A stretch of 64,000 nucleotides of DNA, taken from a virus. Taxonomy: Duplodnaviria; Caudoviricetes. The notes under the pieces are model-generated. The model ran no database searches, was not told the DNA's origin, and was given only the letters and a program-made list of their open reading frames with translations. The DNA is taken from positions 1-64,000 of IMG/VR virus record IMGVR_UViG_3300027892_002613; one strand, written 5' to 3'. The translations under genes and the position numbers were made by a program. This document shows positions 1-10,417 of this stretch, in pieces; position 1 is the first letter of the stretch, and every line of letters starts with the position of its first letter.

Positions 1-732
1 GAATTAAAGAGCGAATCTATTGTTGCTAAAACAAGAAAATTAAAGGCTGTGTGGACTCCTGAGTTGGCACAAGACTTAAACGCTTATCACTCAATTGATG
101 CTGAAGCAGAATTAACTTCAATGTTATCTGAATACATCTCTTTAGAAATCGACTTAGAAATCTTAGATATGTTACAAGTTAACGCATTGACTGTTGATTA
201 CTGGTCAACTAACGTTGGTGAAGAGTATAACGCTTCTACTGGTCAATGGACTGCAGGTGGAAACGCATTGGCTTACCAAAAAGCTACTTGGTTCCAGACT
301 TTAGGAGTTAAGTTAAACAAAGTATCTAACAAGATTCACCAATTAACAATGAGAGGTGGAGCAAACTTTATTGTGTGTTCTCCTGACGTTGCTACAATTT
401 TAGAATCAATTCCTGGATTCCACGTGAATGCTGAGAAAGATTCATTACAATTTGCAGCTGGTGTTTCTGTAGTAGGTTCAATCTCTAACAGATATACGGT
501 TTACAAAAACCCGTATATGACTACTAACCAAATCTTATTAGGATTTAAAGGTTCAAACTTCTTGGAGACTGGTGCGGTTTACGCTCCTTACGTTCCATTG
601 ATTATGACTCCTTTAGTGTACGACCCAGACAACTTTACTCCACGTAGAGGTGTTATGACTAGATACGCTAAGAAAATCGTAAGACCAGAATTCTATGGTA
701 AGATTTATGTAAAAGATTTAGCTAACTTATAA
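1..732 (+). CDS. Major capsid protein (T4 gp23-like), C-terminal part; gene starts upstream of the window
   Basis: Frame is open from base 1 (ELKSESIVAKTRKLKAVWTPELAQDLNAYH). Contains gp23-type motifs KTRKLKA.W..E.AQDL, YAPYVPL and FTPRRGVMTRY. Confidence 0.95.
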   Translation, partial: ELKSESIVAKTRKLKAVWTPELAQDLNAYHSIDAEAELTSMLSEYISLEIDLEILDMLQVNALTVDYWSTNVGEEYNASTGQWTAGGNALAYQKATWFQTLGVKLNKVSNKIHQLTMRGGANFIVCSPDVATILESIPGFHVNAEKDSLQFAAGVSVVGSISNRYTVYKNPYMTTNQILLGFKGSNFLETGAVYAPYVPLIMTPLVYDPDNFTPRRGVMTRYAKKIVRPEFYGKIYVKDLANL

Positions 733-742
733 TCTTCGGATT
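731..742 (+). other. C(UUCG)G tetraloop RNA hairpin right after the capsid stop codon
   Basis: AATC-TTCG-GATT: 4-bp stem with a UUCG loop. Confidence 0.5.
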
Positions 743-780
743 CAGTTAATTAAATTCTAACATAACTTAGAGTATAATAA

Positions 781-810
781 AGAGGGGGTGAGAAATCACT
801 CCCTTTTTTT
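781..810 (+). terminator. Rho-independent terminator after the major capsid gene
   Basis: GGGGGTGA-GAAA-TCACTCCC followed by T7. Confidence 0.9.
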
Positions 811-830
811 ATGTCTTTATATTTAAATTT

Positions 831-1478
831 ATGAGGTTACATACAATAAAGGATAAGTACGAAATAGGTAAAATCAAAACCTACGAAGATGTACCGGGAT
901 GGATTGGTTGTGCTGAAGATATCTACGAATTAGTATTCAAAGAATTAAATGATGGGGATTCAATAGTAGAGATTGGAACATTTTTCGGTCAATCTACAAT
1001 CTTTATGGCTTCTCTTATAAAAGAAAGCGGAAAAAAGATACACTTCGATACAATAGATTCTCTTTGGCAGATAGATGCGGATGTTAGAAGAGGAGACCAT
1101 CCAAAATCATTTTACGATTATAGATTTTCAGAACAACTTAAGGATATTCCAATTGATGAGTTAATCAAAGCCCATTACAGATTATGTGAGGTAGATGAGT
1201 ATATTAACCTTATGATAGGTGATAGTAGATGGTTGTGGAAATGGTATGATGAGGAATCTCTGCAATTTGTTTACATAGATGGGGACCACAATTATGAGAT
1301 AGTTAAGTTAGATATGGATAATTGGTGGAGTAGAGTTAAGGTAGGTGGATACTTAGGAGGAGATGATATAGATGCATATCCATCGGTTTTAAAAGCAATG
1401 AATGAGTTGATTGAGAGAGAAAATATACCAAATCACAAGATTCAGATATTTCCAAACTCTTTTTTAATTAGGAAGTGA
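831..1478 (+). CDS. Class I SAM-dependent methyltransferase (Methyltransf_24-like)
   Basis: VEIGTFFGQS SAM-binding motif; FVYIDGDHNYE and KVGGYLGGDD motifs. Confidence 0.85.
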   Translation: MRLHTIKDKYEIGKIKTYEDVPGWIGCAEDIYELVFKELNDGDSIVEIGTFFGQSTIFMASLIKESGKKIHFDTIDSLWQIDADVRRGDHPKSFYDYRFSEQLKDIPIDELIKAHYRLCEVDEYINLMIGDSRWLWKWYDEESLQFVYIDGDHNYEIVKLDMDNWWSRVKVGGYLGGDDIDAYPSVLKAMNELIERENIPNHKIQIFPNSFLIRK

Positions 1479-1486
1479 TATTTATA
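1478..1486 (+). promoter_or_regulatory. Putative late promoter motif ATATTTATA (representative copy)
   Basis: Exact copies start at 1478, 1894, 7894, 8773, 14483, 28734, 29047, 31437, 32038, 33064, 40703 and 48485, each about 15-35 nt before a start codon. Confidence 0.7.
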
Positions 1487-1510
1487 GATGTATAATTAAA
1501 TTTAATATAA

Positions 1511-1882
1511 ATGGAAGAATTGGCTTCGGTATTTTTACATAGTAGAACACAGGCACATATATTTCACACAAGAGTATCCGGACAGGGTTCATTTGCAGCT
1601 CATAATGCTTTACAAATATACTATGAAGGAATTGTACCTTTGATAGATGGTTTGATTGAATCGTATCAGGGTATGCATGGTTTAATAGAATACAAAGCAG
1701 TTAGTGGGGTAGATAACAATGCTGAAAAACAAAATATGGTTAACTATTTCGATAAACTTTGTAAATTCTTAGAATCAGCTAGAAAAGATGAAAAATTAAA
1801 ATATAGTTGGTTTCAAAATGATATAGATAATATAGCTACTTTGTTATACTCAACTAAATACAAATTGATTAATTTAGGTTAA
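1511..1882 (+). CDS. Ferritin/Dps-like four-helix protein (DUF5856-like)
   Basis: QAHIFH, S.AAH.AL..YYE, D.LIE.YQG and terminal YKL pattern of phage ferritin-like proteins. Confidence 0.65.
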   Translation: MEELASVFLHSRTQAHIFHTRVSGQGSFAAHNALQIYYEGIVPLIDGLIESYQGMHGLIEYKAVSGVDNNAEKQNMVNYFDKLCKFLESARKDEKLKYSWFQNDIDNIATLLYSTKYKLINLG

Positions 1883-1920
1883 TAGGATTTGTAATATTTA
1901 TATATTAAAGAAGAACATTA

Positions 1921-2298
1921 ATGGCAGCAGCAAGATATTCCTTTATCATAGAGCAGGGGGCAACCACAAACATACAAATCACATGGCAAGATGAGACTGG
2001 GAGTGTAAACCTTTCTGGATATGGCGGGAGAATGCAAATCAGACCATCCGCTACATCTGAGACCGTTTATTTATCACTAAGTTCATCACGTCAAACAGAT
2101 GGTACGGGATTAAATATGAGTGGTTCTGATGGAGTAACTGCGGTTCAAAGTGGTTCTATTGGAATATACATTTCAGCAGCTACCTCTTCTTTATTAAATT
2201 TTGATACTGCTTACTATGATTTAGAAATGGTAAGTGGTAATGAGGTTACGAGATTATTAGAAGGACAAGTGAAATTGTCAAAAAATGTAACCCGATAA
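1921..2298 (+). CDS. Small virion protein, BppU-like Ig/beta-sandwich adaptor
   Basis: IEQGAT, G.MQIR, YDLEM and RLLEG.V pattern typical of phage fibre-adaptor proteins; lies directly upstream of a fibre gene. Confidence 0.55.
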   Translation: MAAARYSFIIEQGATTNIQITWQDETGSVNLSGYGGRMQIRPSATSETVYLSLSSSRQTDGTGLNMSGSDGVTAVQSGSIGIYISAATSSLLNFDTAYYDLEMVSGNEVTRLLEGQVKLSKNVTR

Positions 2299-2299
2299 G

Positions 2300-5200
2300 A
2301 TGTCTGTAACATTAGTAAATAACTCACCACAATTAACAGTAGCAACCGCAGGAACAAGAGGTTTGACAGGAGCTCATGTAGTATCTGCAGCATTCTCTGG
2401 TTCTAATTTAATCATAACACTTTCCGATGGGACAGTTATAAATGCGGGTGGGGCGATATTATCATCAAGTGGTAGTAATAATTGGGTTGGACAACAAGCG
2501 GTAAATGGTAATGTAATCGTAACTGGTTCATTTATTTTATCTGGTTCAAATACTTTAGTAAACATCGGACCGGCTTCATTTAGTGGTTCTATGAATATAT
2601 CGGGTTCAACTACTATAACAGGAAGTTTAATCGTTAGTGGTGGAACGATAAATGTAATTGGTACAAATTTAATAAGTGCTTCTCAGGGAGTTACTTTAGC
2701 TAATACAACGGGGTACTCAACATTCAGTTCATCACTTTCACAATCAATATCGCATTCAGTAGCTAATTTGAGTTCATCAATTGGTTCATTGAGTGGAAGT
2801 GTAACCTCAACAATTAATTCTAAATTTGGAAGTATTGTAGTAACACCTTTCTTAAGTAAATCAAACTATGAAAGTTATACATCTTCTATTGTAGAACCTA
2901 GATTAGCATCATTAGAAGGTGCAAGTGGTAGTATAAGATTAGCACATAACGTACATACAGCATCTGTTAATTCTACAACTGCATCAATAAATTTGGTAAC
3001 TGCTTCATTGAACACAAAGACAGGTTCAATTGAAAACAGATTAATTTCATTAGAAACAAAATCAGGAAGTGTAACAACGGATTTATTAGCATTATTCATA
3101 AGTACTTCTGTAGATGATGGTAGAATAAATTCATTAGAAGCGGCAACCCATAGTTTATTTGTATCCACTTCAAATCATGAAAGTAGAATAGATTTAGTAG
3201 AAGCATTGACAGGTTCTATTCTTTCTATAACTGCTTCATTAAGTGCTTTTACATCTTCAGCTAATAGTAGATTAAATTCAATCGAAGCTGCATCATCAAG
3301 TTGGGGAGCGGCTATAAATATTTCTCCGTTAAATACATTTAGTGCAAGTGTGAATACATTTAGTAGTTCAGTTAATACTGCAACTGCTTCATTAAATACA
3401 TTTACTGCAAGTGCTAATACTTCAATTACTTCTCTTAATATTAGAAGTGGTAGTTTATTAGTATCAGCATCTTCTTTAGCAAGTTCAGCATCAGCTGTTC
3501 TGACTAGATTAACACAATTAGAAAATACTTCAGCTTCAGTTAATACATTTACCGAAAGTGTTAATTCAACAACTGCAAGTTTGAATACACTTACTTCTAG
3601 TTTAGTAAGTAGTGGTAGTTCATTGGCAACATCGGCATCATCTGCAAAGAGTAGAATAGATGCATTGGAAGTAAGTAGTGGTTCTCATAATTCATTTAGT
3701 GCGAGTGTGAATACATTTAGTAGTTCTGTTAATACACACACATCTTCGGTTAATACTGCAACTGCTTCAATAAACACATATACTGCATCATTAAAAACTG
3801 CAATAGATGTGACAGGTGGAACAACAACAATATTAGGAAACTTTGTTGTACAAGGAACTCAAATATCGATTAACACAACTAACTTAAAAGTTGCTGATAA
3901 ACTTATAGAAATAGCAAGTGGTTCAACTACTGCAGCGATGGCGGATGGAGCTGGTATTTATATTAGTGGTGCAGATGCGAGCATAACTTGGAATAATAAC
4001 TTATCTAAGATTGCAATAAATAAAGGAGTTAGTGTAACAGGAGATATTGCAGTTAGTGGATTAGTTGATGGAGTTGAGTTATCACAATTAAGTGGTTCAT
4101 TCAATACTATAAGTTCTAGTTTATTAGCAGCAAGTAGTTCATTTGCTACATCGATAGATACAATTAATAGTGTAAACAATTCACAGAATACATTTAGTGC
4201 ATCTGTAAGTAATAGTTTAAATTCTATTCATACAACAACCGCATCATTCAATACATTTACTAGTTCAACTTATTTACCATTCAGTACATCGATTGATAAT
4301 AGAATATTAAATTTATCATCTTCTTTAGGAGGTGGTGCAACCGGAACTAGAATAACTGCGTTAGAAACAAGTGCATCCCTATCTGCGATTACAAATAGTG
4401 CTCAAGCAGGTGCTATAACAGGAATTGGTTCAACATTTGCAACTTTTATAAGTACTACTGGAAGTACTATTATTCAGTTAAACGCTTTAAACGCTTCAGC
4501 TAGTGCAACTTTTGTAACCGCATCAGCTGTATCGGCTTCTATATTTAATTTACAACTTCAAGATAATTCATTGCGTGGATTTACTGCCAGTATAGTAACT
4601 TGGATTGGTAATACTGGAACATTTGCAACTGCAAGTGCTTCATTTGATAATAGAATTGCTTCTATCTCTGCTGAAATCGGAGGTGGAGGTGGAACTGGTA
4701 TTGGCGCAAGAGTTAATTCATTAGAACAATATACAGCATCAATCTCAACTGTTTCCGGTTCGGTTGTATCACAGAGTGTTAGAATAGTAGCATTAGAAGC
4801 ATCCGGAACTTACTTCGATACAAAAATAAATCAATTTAGTTCAAGTATTTCAGCGAGTAATAATTTTACTGCAAATGTGTTTCCTGGAATATCAGCATCT
4901 TTTGAAACTAGAATTAGCCAAAGTTTAGCGGCAATATCCAATTTAAATAATGGATATGCAACTGATGCAGAATTGGTAGCATATAGTAGTTCAGTTGCAA
5001 CTACAACCGCGATATTATATTCATCTGGTTCATCATTATCATCTTCAATTTGGAATCCATCAAGTGGAATATCAGCTAGTATAGCAGTTACTACTGCATT
5101 TTTATCATCTAGTATAAATGATAAAATACAACATACTTCAGCGAGTATTACAACTAGAATTAATTCACTTGTAACCGGAACAGGATTTGTGCAAAGTTCA

Positions 5201-7885
5201 TACACAACTTCTTTGCATGTAACAACCGCAAGTTTATTTACATCGGCTAGTGCGTTAGCGGTATCAGCATCAGCTTCGTTAACTACAAATAATTCACAAA
5301 CTCAATCGATAAATAGTTTAAACACTTATACTTCTTCATTAAAATCTGCGATTCAACCAAATGGTTCGGATTTGAATGTTAGTGGAAATTTATATGTTAG
5401 TGGTAATATAGTAGCACATCAATATATTGTAAGTTCATCGGTAGCTTACATTACAACTTCATTCAGTAGTGGTTCATCTACATTTGGTAATGATTATGGA
5501 GATAATCATACATTTAGTGGTTCGGTAAGGGTATTTGGGCCATTAGTTATGAGAGAAGGATTATTGGGAGCAAACGGTGGACAGCCGGCGTTCTTAGATA
5601 TATCTGGTTCAATAACCTCATCTGCTATAGTTAGTGCGTCTGGATTTATAGGAATATTTAATGGGGCATTTAGTTCTTCAATTCAAACTAATATAAGTGG
5701 AACAACAGGATTCAGTAATTTCACAAGTTCAATAAGTGAATCAATCAATACTGCAACTTCTTCATTAAGTAGTTCAGTAAGTTCATCTATTGGATTATTA
5801 AGTGCATCTGTGGCATCAATAAATGCTTCACAAGTATCGACTGCATCTTTAAACACTATTACTAGTTCATTATACAATACAACTCAATCTCTAAATAACT
5901 CAACTCAATCGTTGAATACATTTAGTGCAAGTGTAATCGCAACGGGTTCATTAATTAATACATTTACATCAAGTATAAATTCATTCTCTGCATCAGTTAG
6001 AGCAAGTGGTTCAATAATTAACACATTCACTTCATCAGTTAATACGTTTAGTGCTAGTGTAATTGCAACCGGTTCTATAATAAACACATTCACCGCATCG
6101 GTTAACACTTATACTTCTTCATTAAAAGGAGCAATTCAACCAAATGGTGCAAACTTAAATGTTAGTGGTAATCTATTTGTAAGTGGTAATATAGTAGCAC
6201 AGAATTACATAGTAAGTTCTTCTGTAACTTATATGACTACTTCATTTAGTAGTGGTTCAACTACCTTTGGTAATGATGCAACCGATAATCATAATTTCAC
6301 CGGTTCAGTTTATGTAGTTGGAAGTATTTCATCTTCGGCTACAATTACTGCGGCTACACACAGTGGACATATTAAAGCTGACAACGGAGTAGTAAGTTCA
6401 TCTTTACAATTTGTTGACTATGGTGCATTATTAACATCATCAAATAGTGGAAGGCAAGCGGTTAGTGGAACATTAATTATATCTGGTAATACCTCAATAA
6501 CAGGAAGTACTAATATAGATTTAAGAAGTGGTAGTGAGTTTTATGTAAGAAATGGTGTAACTAGAATAGATTCAGTTTTATTCGTAACTGATAACGATTA
6601 TGTTAATTCATCATACGTTGGTGGGGATATAAAAGTAAATGATTATTTAGCAGGAGGATATACTGCTCAGTATGATGGTGGTGTTCAAATCACCGGTTCT
6701 TTGAGAGTAAATGCTGGGCAAAATGGAAGTGGTTCATATTTCACAGGAAGTGTTCAAATTACCGGAAACGAAGCAGTTAGTGGAAACTTACAAGTTATAG
6801 GAAACTCATCTATAAGTGGAAACTTCATCGGAACTACAATTTCAGCATCTTCAGCTGTAACCGCTTCTTCTTTAAGAGTTGAAGGATTAACTAGAATTAA
6901 TGGAGAGGTTGATATTGATACTACACAAATAACAATTGGTGCAGGTGGAAACGCGGTAGCAGATGAAACTAGATTAAACACATTAAATTTAAGAGTAGAT
7001 AGTGATACATTCTTTAATTCAAACGTAACTGCTATATCGGGTTCTACGAGAGTTAAGAGTTTAGCGATAAACGATTTAAGTATGAGTAGAATTCCTTATG
7101 TGGATTCAACCGATACTTTAGTTGATAGTGCAAACTTTACTTATAATGGAGTAACATTCAAAGTAGGCGGTGGAGCATTTGAAATAGATGATGCAACGGG
7201 AAATATTAGAACATCAGGTTCATTAAAAGTAGATGGTATAACTACACTTCATTCAACACTAAATGTTAGTGGAGCAGTTGGTATAACAGGTTCGTTGATA
7301 GTAACGGGTTCTACGATTATATCTTCATCATTAAGAGTAAATAATACCGCTTCATTCGCACACTTAAACGTAACGGGTTCTACTATCCTAAGTAGTAGTT
7401 TACAAGTTCGTGAAAATACAGCAATAAGTGGAACATTAAGAGTTAGTGGTGCGGTTGCATTGAGTAGTTCTTTATTTGTAAGTGGAAATATAACCGCCGG
7501 TGCAAACGCAAACATTAGTGGAGATGTTGCAATCACAGGTTCGCTAAACGCGATAGGGCCTGTAATTGCATTTGGTAACTCAATGACAGATAATATTTAT
7601 TTATCCGGTAATTTAGAGATTACTGGTTCATTGACACGAAATACAACCAACTTAAAAGCGGCATTTAGTACAGTAAGTACCTATACTCAAGAACAAGCTT
7701 GGAGTGCTTCATTTGTAAGTGAATCTACTTTGAGAACTCCGGATGAGTATTTAGAATACTTTGTTGGACAGGGTTCTAATAAAAGAAGATATATTACTCC
7801 GGTTTGGTTGGATGAAACACTTTATGCTGATGATTACTTTGATATATCAGTTGTAGATGGAGCGGATTCGGATTATGTTTTCTAA
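2300..7885 (+). CDS. Large Ser/Thr-rich fibre protein (1861 aa)
   Basis: Coiled-coil-like stretches (RLxxLE, NxFTAS) alternate with beta-repeats ([VI][ST]GS); lies between capsid and neck genes. Confidence 0.75.
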   Translation: MSVTLVNNSPQLTVATAGTRGLTGAHVVSAAFSGSNLIITLSDGTVINAGGAILSSSGSNNWVGQQAVNGNVIVTGSFILSGSNTLVNIGPASFSGSMNISGSTTITGSLIVSGGTINVIGTNLISASQGVTLANTTGYSTFSSSLSQSISHSVANLSSSIGSLSGSVTSTINSKFGSIVVTPFLSKSNYESYTSSIVEPRLASLEGASGSIRLAHNVHTASVNSTTASINLVTASLNTKTGSIENRLISLETKSGSVTTDLLALFISTSVDDGRINSLEAATHSLFVSTSNHESRIDLVEALTGSILSITASLSAFTSSANSRLNSIEAASSSWGAAINISPLNTFSASVNTFSSSVNTATASLNTFTASANTSITSLNIRSGSLLVSASSLASSASAVLTRLTQLENTSASVNTFTESVNSTTASLNTLTSSLVSSGSSLATSASSAKSRIDALEVSSGSHNSFSASVNTFSSSVNTHTSSVNTATASINTYTASLKTAIDVTGGTTTILGNFVVQGTQISINTTNLKVADKLIEIASGSTTAAMADGAGIYISGADASITWNNNLSKIAINKGVSVTGDIAVSGLVDGVELSQLSGSFNTISSSLLAASSSFATSIDTINSVNNSQNTFSASVSNSLNSIHTTTASFNTFTSSTYLPFSTSIDNRILNLSSSLGGGATGTRITALETSASLSAITNSAQAGAITGIGSTFATFISTTGSTIIQLNALNASASATFVTASAVSASIFNLQLQDNSLRGFTASIVTWIGNTGTFATASASFDNRIASISAEIGGGGGTGIGARVNSLEQYTASISTVSGSVVSQSVRIVALEASGTYFDTKINQFSSSISASNNFTANVFPGISASFETRISQSLAAISNLNNGYATDAELVAYSSSVATTTAILYSSGSSLSSSIWNPSSGISASIAVTTAFLSSSINDKIQHTSASITTRINSLVTGTGFVQSSYTTSLHVTTASLFTSASALAVSASASLTTNNSQTQSINSLNTYTSSLKSAIQPNGSDLNVSGNLYVSGNIVAHQYIVSSSVAYITTSFSSGSSTFGNDYGDNHTFSGSVRVFGPLVMREGLLGANGGQPAFLDISGSITSSAIVSASGFIGIFNGAFSSSIQTNISGTTGFSNFTSSISESINTATSSLSSSVSSSIGLLSASVASINASQVSTASLNTITSSLYNTTQSLNNSTQSLNTFSASVIATGSLINTFTSSINSFSASVRASGSIINTFTSSVNTFSASVIATGSIINTFTASVNTYTSSLKGAIQPNGANLNVSGNLFVSGNIVAQNYIVSSSVTYMTTSFSSGSTTFGNDATDNHNFTGSVYVVGSISSSATITAATHSGHIKADNGVVSSSLQFVDYGALLTSSNSGRQAVSGTLIISGNTSITGSTNIDLRSGSEFYVRNGVTRIDSVLFVTDNDYVNSSYVGGDIKVNDYLAGGYTAQYDGGVQITGSLRVNAGQNGSGSYFTGSVQITGNEAVSGNLQVIGNSSISGNFIGTTISASSAVTASSLRVEGLTRINGEVDIDTTQITIGAGGNAVADETRLNTLNLRVDSDTFFNSNVTAISGSTRVKSLAINDLSMSRIPYVDSTDTLVDSANFTYNGVTFKVGGGAFEIDDATGNIRTSGSLKVDGITTLHSTLNVSGAVGITGSLIVTGSTIISSSLRVNNTASFAHLNVTGSTILSSSLQVRENTAISGTLRVSGAVALSSSLFVSGNITAGANANISGDVAITGSLNAIGPVIAFGNSMTDNIYLSGNLEITGSLTRNTTNLKAAFSTVSTYTQEQAWSASFVSESTLRTPDEYLEYFVGQGSNKRRYITPVWLDETLYADDYFDISVVDGADSDYVF
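5321..6303 (+). repeat. Diverged in-frame direct repeat within the fibre gene (about 200 bp, copies at 5321 and 6104)
   Basis: NTYTSSLK.AIQPNG..LNVSGNL.VSGNIVA..YIVSSSV.Y.TTSFSSGS.TFGND occurs twice, offset 783 nt. Confidence 0.85.
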
Positions 7886-7929
7886 TAAGTTATATATTTA
7901 TACAAAGACACAGAATAAAATAAAATAAA

Positions 7930-8352
7930 ATGGCATTAGCAGGTGTAACATTAAGAGTAATCAAAGGTAGTAAATTAACCATAGCAGAATTAGATGGTAA
8001 TTTCTCAGCTATTACCTCAAGCGCTGAAACCGCAACGACAAATATTACTACATTAAATACAAGAGTATCTCAATCAGTTTTAGCTTTCCCTAACCTTACT
8101 ACGGCCGCAAACGGACCAGGTGGAGCAGGGTTGATAACAAGTGGTGCTTTATTCGTAACCGGTGCATTTAGCGTATCGGGCTCATCGGTTCACTCCGGTT
8201 CATCTAACTTCTTAGGAGCAGTGATTGCAAGTGGTAGTGGAAATTCTGTGTTAGGTTCAAACTACGCTAACGATGCTGCAGCACAAGCAGGTGGAATTGC
8301 AATCGGTGGTATGTATCACAATGCAGGAGCAGTTAGAATTAGATTAACTTAA
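7930..8352 (+). CDS. Small fibre-associated virion protein, paralog 1
   Basis: Shares N-terminal GVTLR..KL.I...DGNF.AITSS and C-terminal NYA.D.AA...GG.YH..G...IRLT with the next gene. Confidence 0.6.
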   Translation: MALAGVTLRVIKGSKLTIAELDGNFSAITSSAETATTNITTLNTRVSQSVLAFPNLTTAANGPGGAGLITSGALFVTGAFSVSGSSVHSGSSNFLGAVIASGSGNSVLGSNYANDAAAQAGGIAIGGMYHNAGAVRIRLT

Positions 8353-8362
8353 TTTATCATAA

Positions 8363-8749
8363 ATGGCAATTAGCGGAGTAACACTACGAAAGAATTTATC
8401 GGATAAGTTATCTATCGAACAAATGGATGGTAACTTTGCTGCTATTACCTCAAGTATAGAATTTAGAGCAACAACGGGTTCAAACATATTTATCGGAGAT
8501 GAAACTATTAGTGGTTCATTAACCGTAACGGGAAGTGCTCAATTTGGGTTAACATCTTCATTTAACCATCTTTATGCAACCGGAGCTAGGGCTCAGGTAA
8601 GAATTGATTCCGAAAATGCACCAGCTGCATTCTTATTAGGTTCAATTACCGCATCCAATTATGCAACCGATATAGCGGCGGCTTCTCAGGGAGTTCCTTT
8701 GGGAGGAGTGTATCATACAAACGGAACTCTGAAAATCAGATTAACTTAA
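8363..8749 (+). CDS. Small fibre-associated virion protein, paralog 2
   Basis: Paralog of 7930..8352 with conserved termini and a different middle. Confidence 0.6.
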   Translation: MAISGVTLRKNLSDKLSIEQMDGNFAAITSSIEFRATTGSNIFIGDETISGSLTVTGSAQFGLTSSFNHLYATGARAQVRIDSENAPAAFLLGSITASNYATDIAAASQGVPLGGVYHTNGTLKIRLT

Positions 8750-8802
8750 AACTTCTTTAATTAATAAACTGAATATTTATATGAGTAAATAACTTATATT
8801 AG

Positions 8803-9960
8803 ATGTCAGTAGATTCAACAACCAATCATTATCCTGGTTCATCATCGTTCTTTCCTGGAATGACTCCATTCGAAATATACGATAATGATTACCATTTTTC
8901 AAACGATGCACCTAAAGTAGCCCTTTGGTGTGCTAGAAGATTAGGTTACCCTATCATCGATGTAGAATTAGTAGATGAGCACTTCTACGCGGTATTTGAG
9001 GAAGCAGTTAGTGAATATTCTGCTCAAGTAAACCAATTCAATATTAGAAACAACTTACCTCAGATTATGGGGCAGGCTACAGGTTCTAATTACACCGGTA
9101 AATTAGTAGAGGGTTCTTTCTTAAATCAAGTAATACGTTTATCGGATTCATATGGTACTGCTGCAGGCGTGGGTGGTGCAACTGATATTAAAAGTGGTTC
9201 AATTGATATAGTAGGGTTGGAGCAAGATTACGACCTAAAAACATTATATGCGAATGTAAGTGAGAGTGGGAAGAGAATTGAAGTTACAAGAGTATTCTTT
9301 GAACCAAAGCCTGCATTAGCTCGTTTCTTTGACCCTTATGCAATTAGTGGTATGGGTACTTTAAATATCACTCAGGAGTTCGGATTCAGTTCGTTCAGTA
9401 CTGCTACCCAATTCGTATTAATGCCGTTCTATGAAGACCTCTTGAGGATTCAGGCTATAGAGTTTAACGACCAAATTAGAAAATCAGCACATACGTTTAG
9501 TATTGTAAATGGTAAACTTAAAATATTCCCTGTCCCAACAACTAATCAAAAACTATGGTTTGAATACTATGTTAGAGATGAGTATGATACGAATTCATTA
9601 GGGCTTAGAGATGGCAGAGTATCCGATTATTCAAATATAGGATATGATTTTATACCGTATCAAAGAATTAATGATGTGGGAAGACAGTGGATTAGAAAAT
9701 ATACATTAGCTTTATGTAAGGAATTATTAGGAGCAATTAGAGAGAAATATAGTAGTATCCCTATTCCAGGTGGAGAAACTACATTGGATGGTGCTCAATT
9801 AAGAGCGGAAGCAACTACTGAAAAAGAAAATCTAGTAACTCAATTAAGAGAGAATTTAGATGAGGTTTCAAGAAAAAAGATTTTTGAAAATAAAGCTGCA
9901 GAAGCAAACCAACAAATGGAAATGTTGCAGAAAGCACCTTTAGCAATATTTGTAGGATAA
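8803..9960 (+). CDS. Neck protein (T4 gp13-like head-tail adaptor)
   Basis: RRLGYPIIDVEL near the N-terminus; WIRKYTLAL.KE.LG..R.KY and PGG.TLDG near the C-terminus. Confidence 0.85.
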   Translation: MSVDSTTNHYPGSSSFFPGMTPFEIYDNDYHFSNDAPKVALWCARRLGYPIIDVELVDEHFYAVFEEAVSEYSAQVNQFNIRNNLPQIMGQATGSNYTGKLVEGSFLNQVIRLSDSYGTAAGVGGATDIKSGSIDIVGLEQDYDLKTLYANVSESGKRIEVTRVFFEPKPALARFFDPYAISGMGTLNITQEFGFSSFSTATQFVLMPFYEDLLRIQAIEFNDQIRKSAHTFSIVNGKLKIFPVPTTNQKLWFEYYVRDEYDTNSLGLRDGRVSDYSNIGYDFIPYQRINDVGRQWIRKYTLALCKELLGAIREKYSSIPIPGGETTLDGAQLRAEATTEKENLVTQLRENLDEVSRKKIFENKAAEANQQMEMLQKAPLAIFVG

Positions 9961-9961
9961 T

Positions 9962-10417
9962 ATGCCACGATTTAACTCCGCAAGGGACATACGTTTTTTT
10001 GAACAAGTATCAACTGAAATGGTTAATGATGTAATCGAAACATTGGTTACATTATTTAAAATCAATTCAGCGGAAACTTCTTATAACCTATATGGTGAGA
10101 GCTTGGATAAGCAGTATTATAGAGGATTGGATACATACACTATAATAGAAAGAGCACCTACGGAAACTAATTATGAGGGGTTTGGTGCGGATACGAGTAG
10201 AACTTCTAATTTCAGATTTAATAGACATACTTTAATAGATGCAAATTTCTATCCTGAAGTTGGTGATTTAATTTTATTAGATAGTTCTTATTATGAGGTA
10301 TCCAATGTTAATGAAGACCAATGGATAGGTGGAGGATACCAAAACAAATTCTCTGTTATATGTGAAACATTTATTACTAGAAATAGTGCAATTAATATTG
10401 AAGAAAGAGTACGATAA
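9962..10417 (+). CDS. Neck / head-closure protein (gp14-like)
   Basis: NLYGES and PEVGDLI...YYEV motifs; follows the gp13-like gene. Confidence 0.7.
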   Translation: MPRFNSARDIRFFEQVSTEMVNDVIETLVTLFKINSAETSYNLYGESLDKQYYRGLDTYTIIERAPTETNYEGFGADTSRTSNFRFNRHTLIDANFYPEVGDLILLDSSYYEVSNVNEDQWIGGGYQNKFSVICETFITRNSAINIEERVR

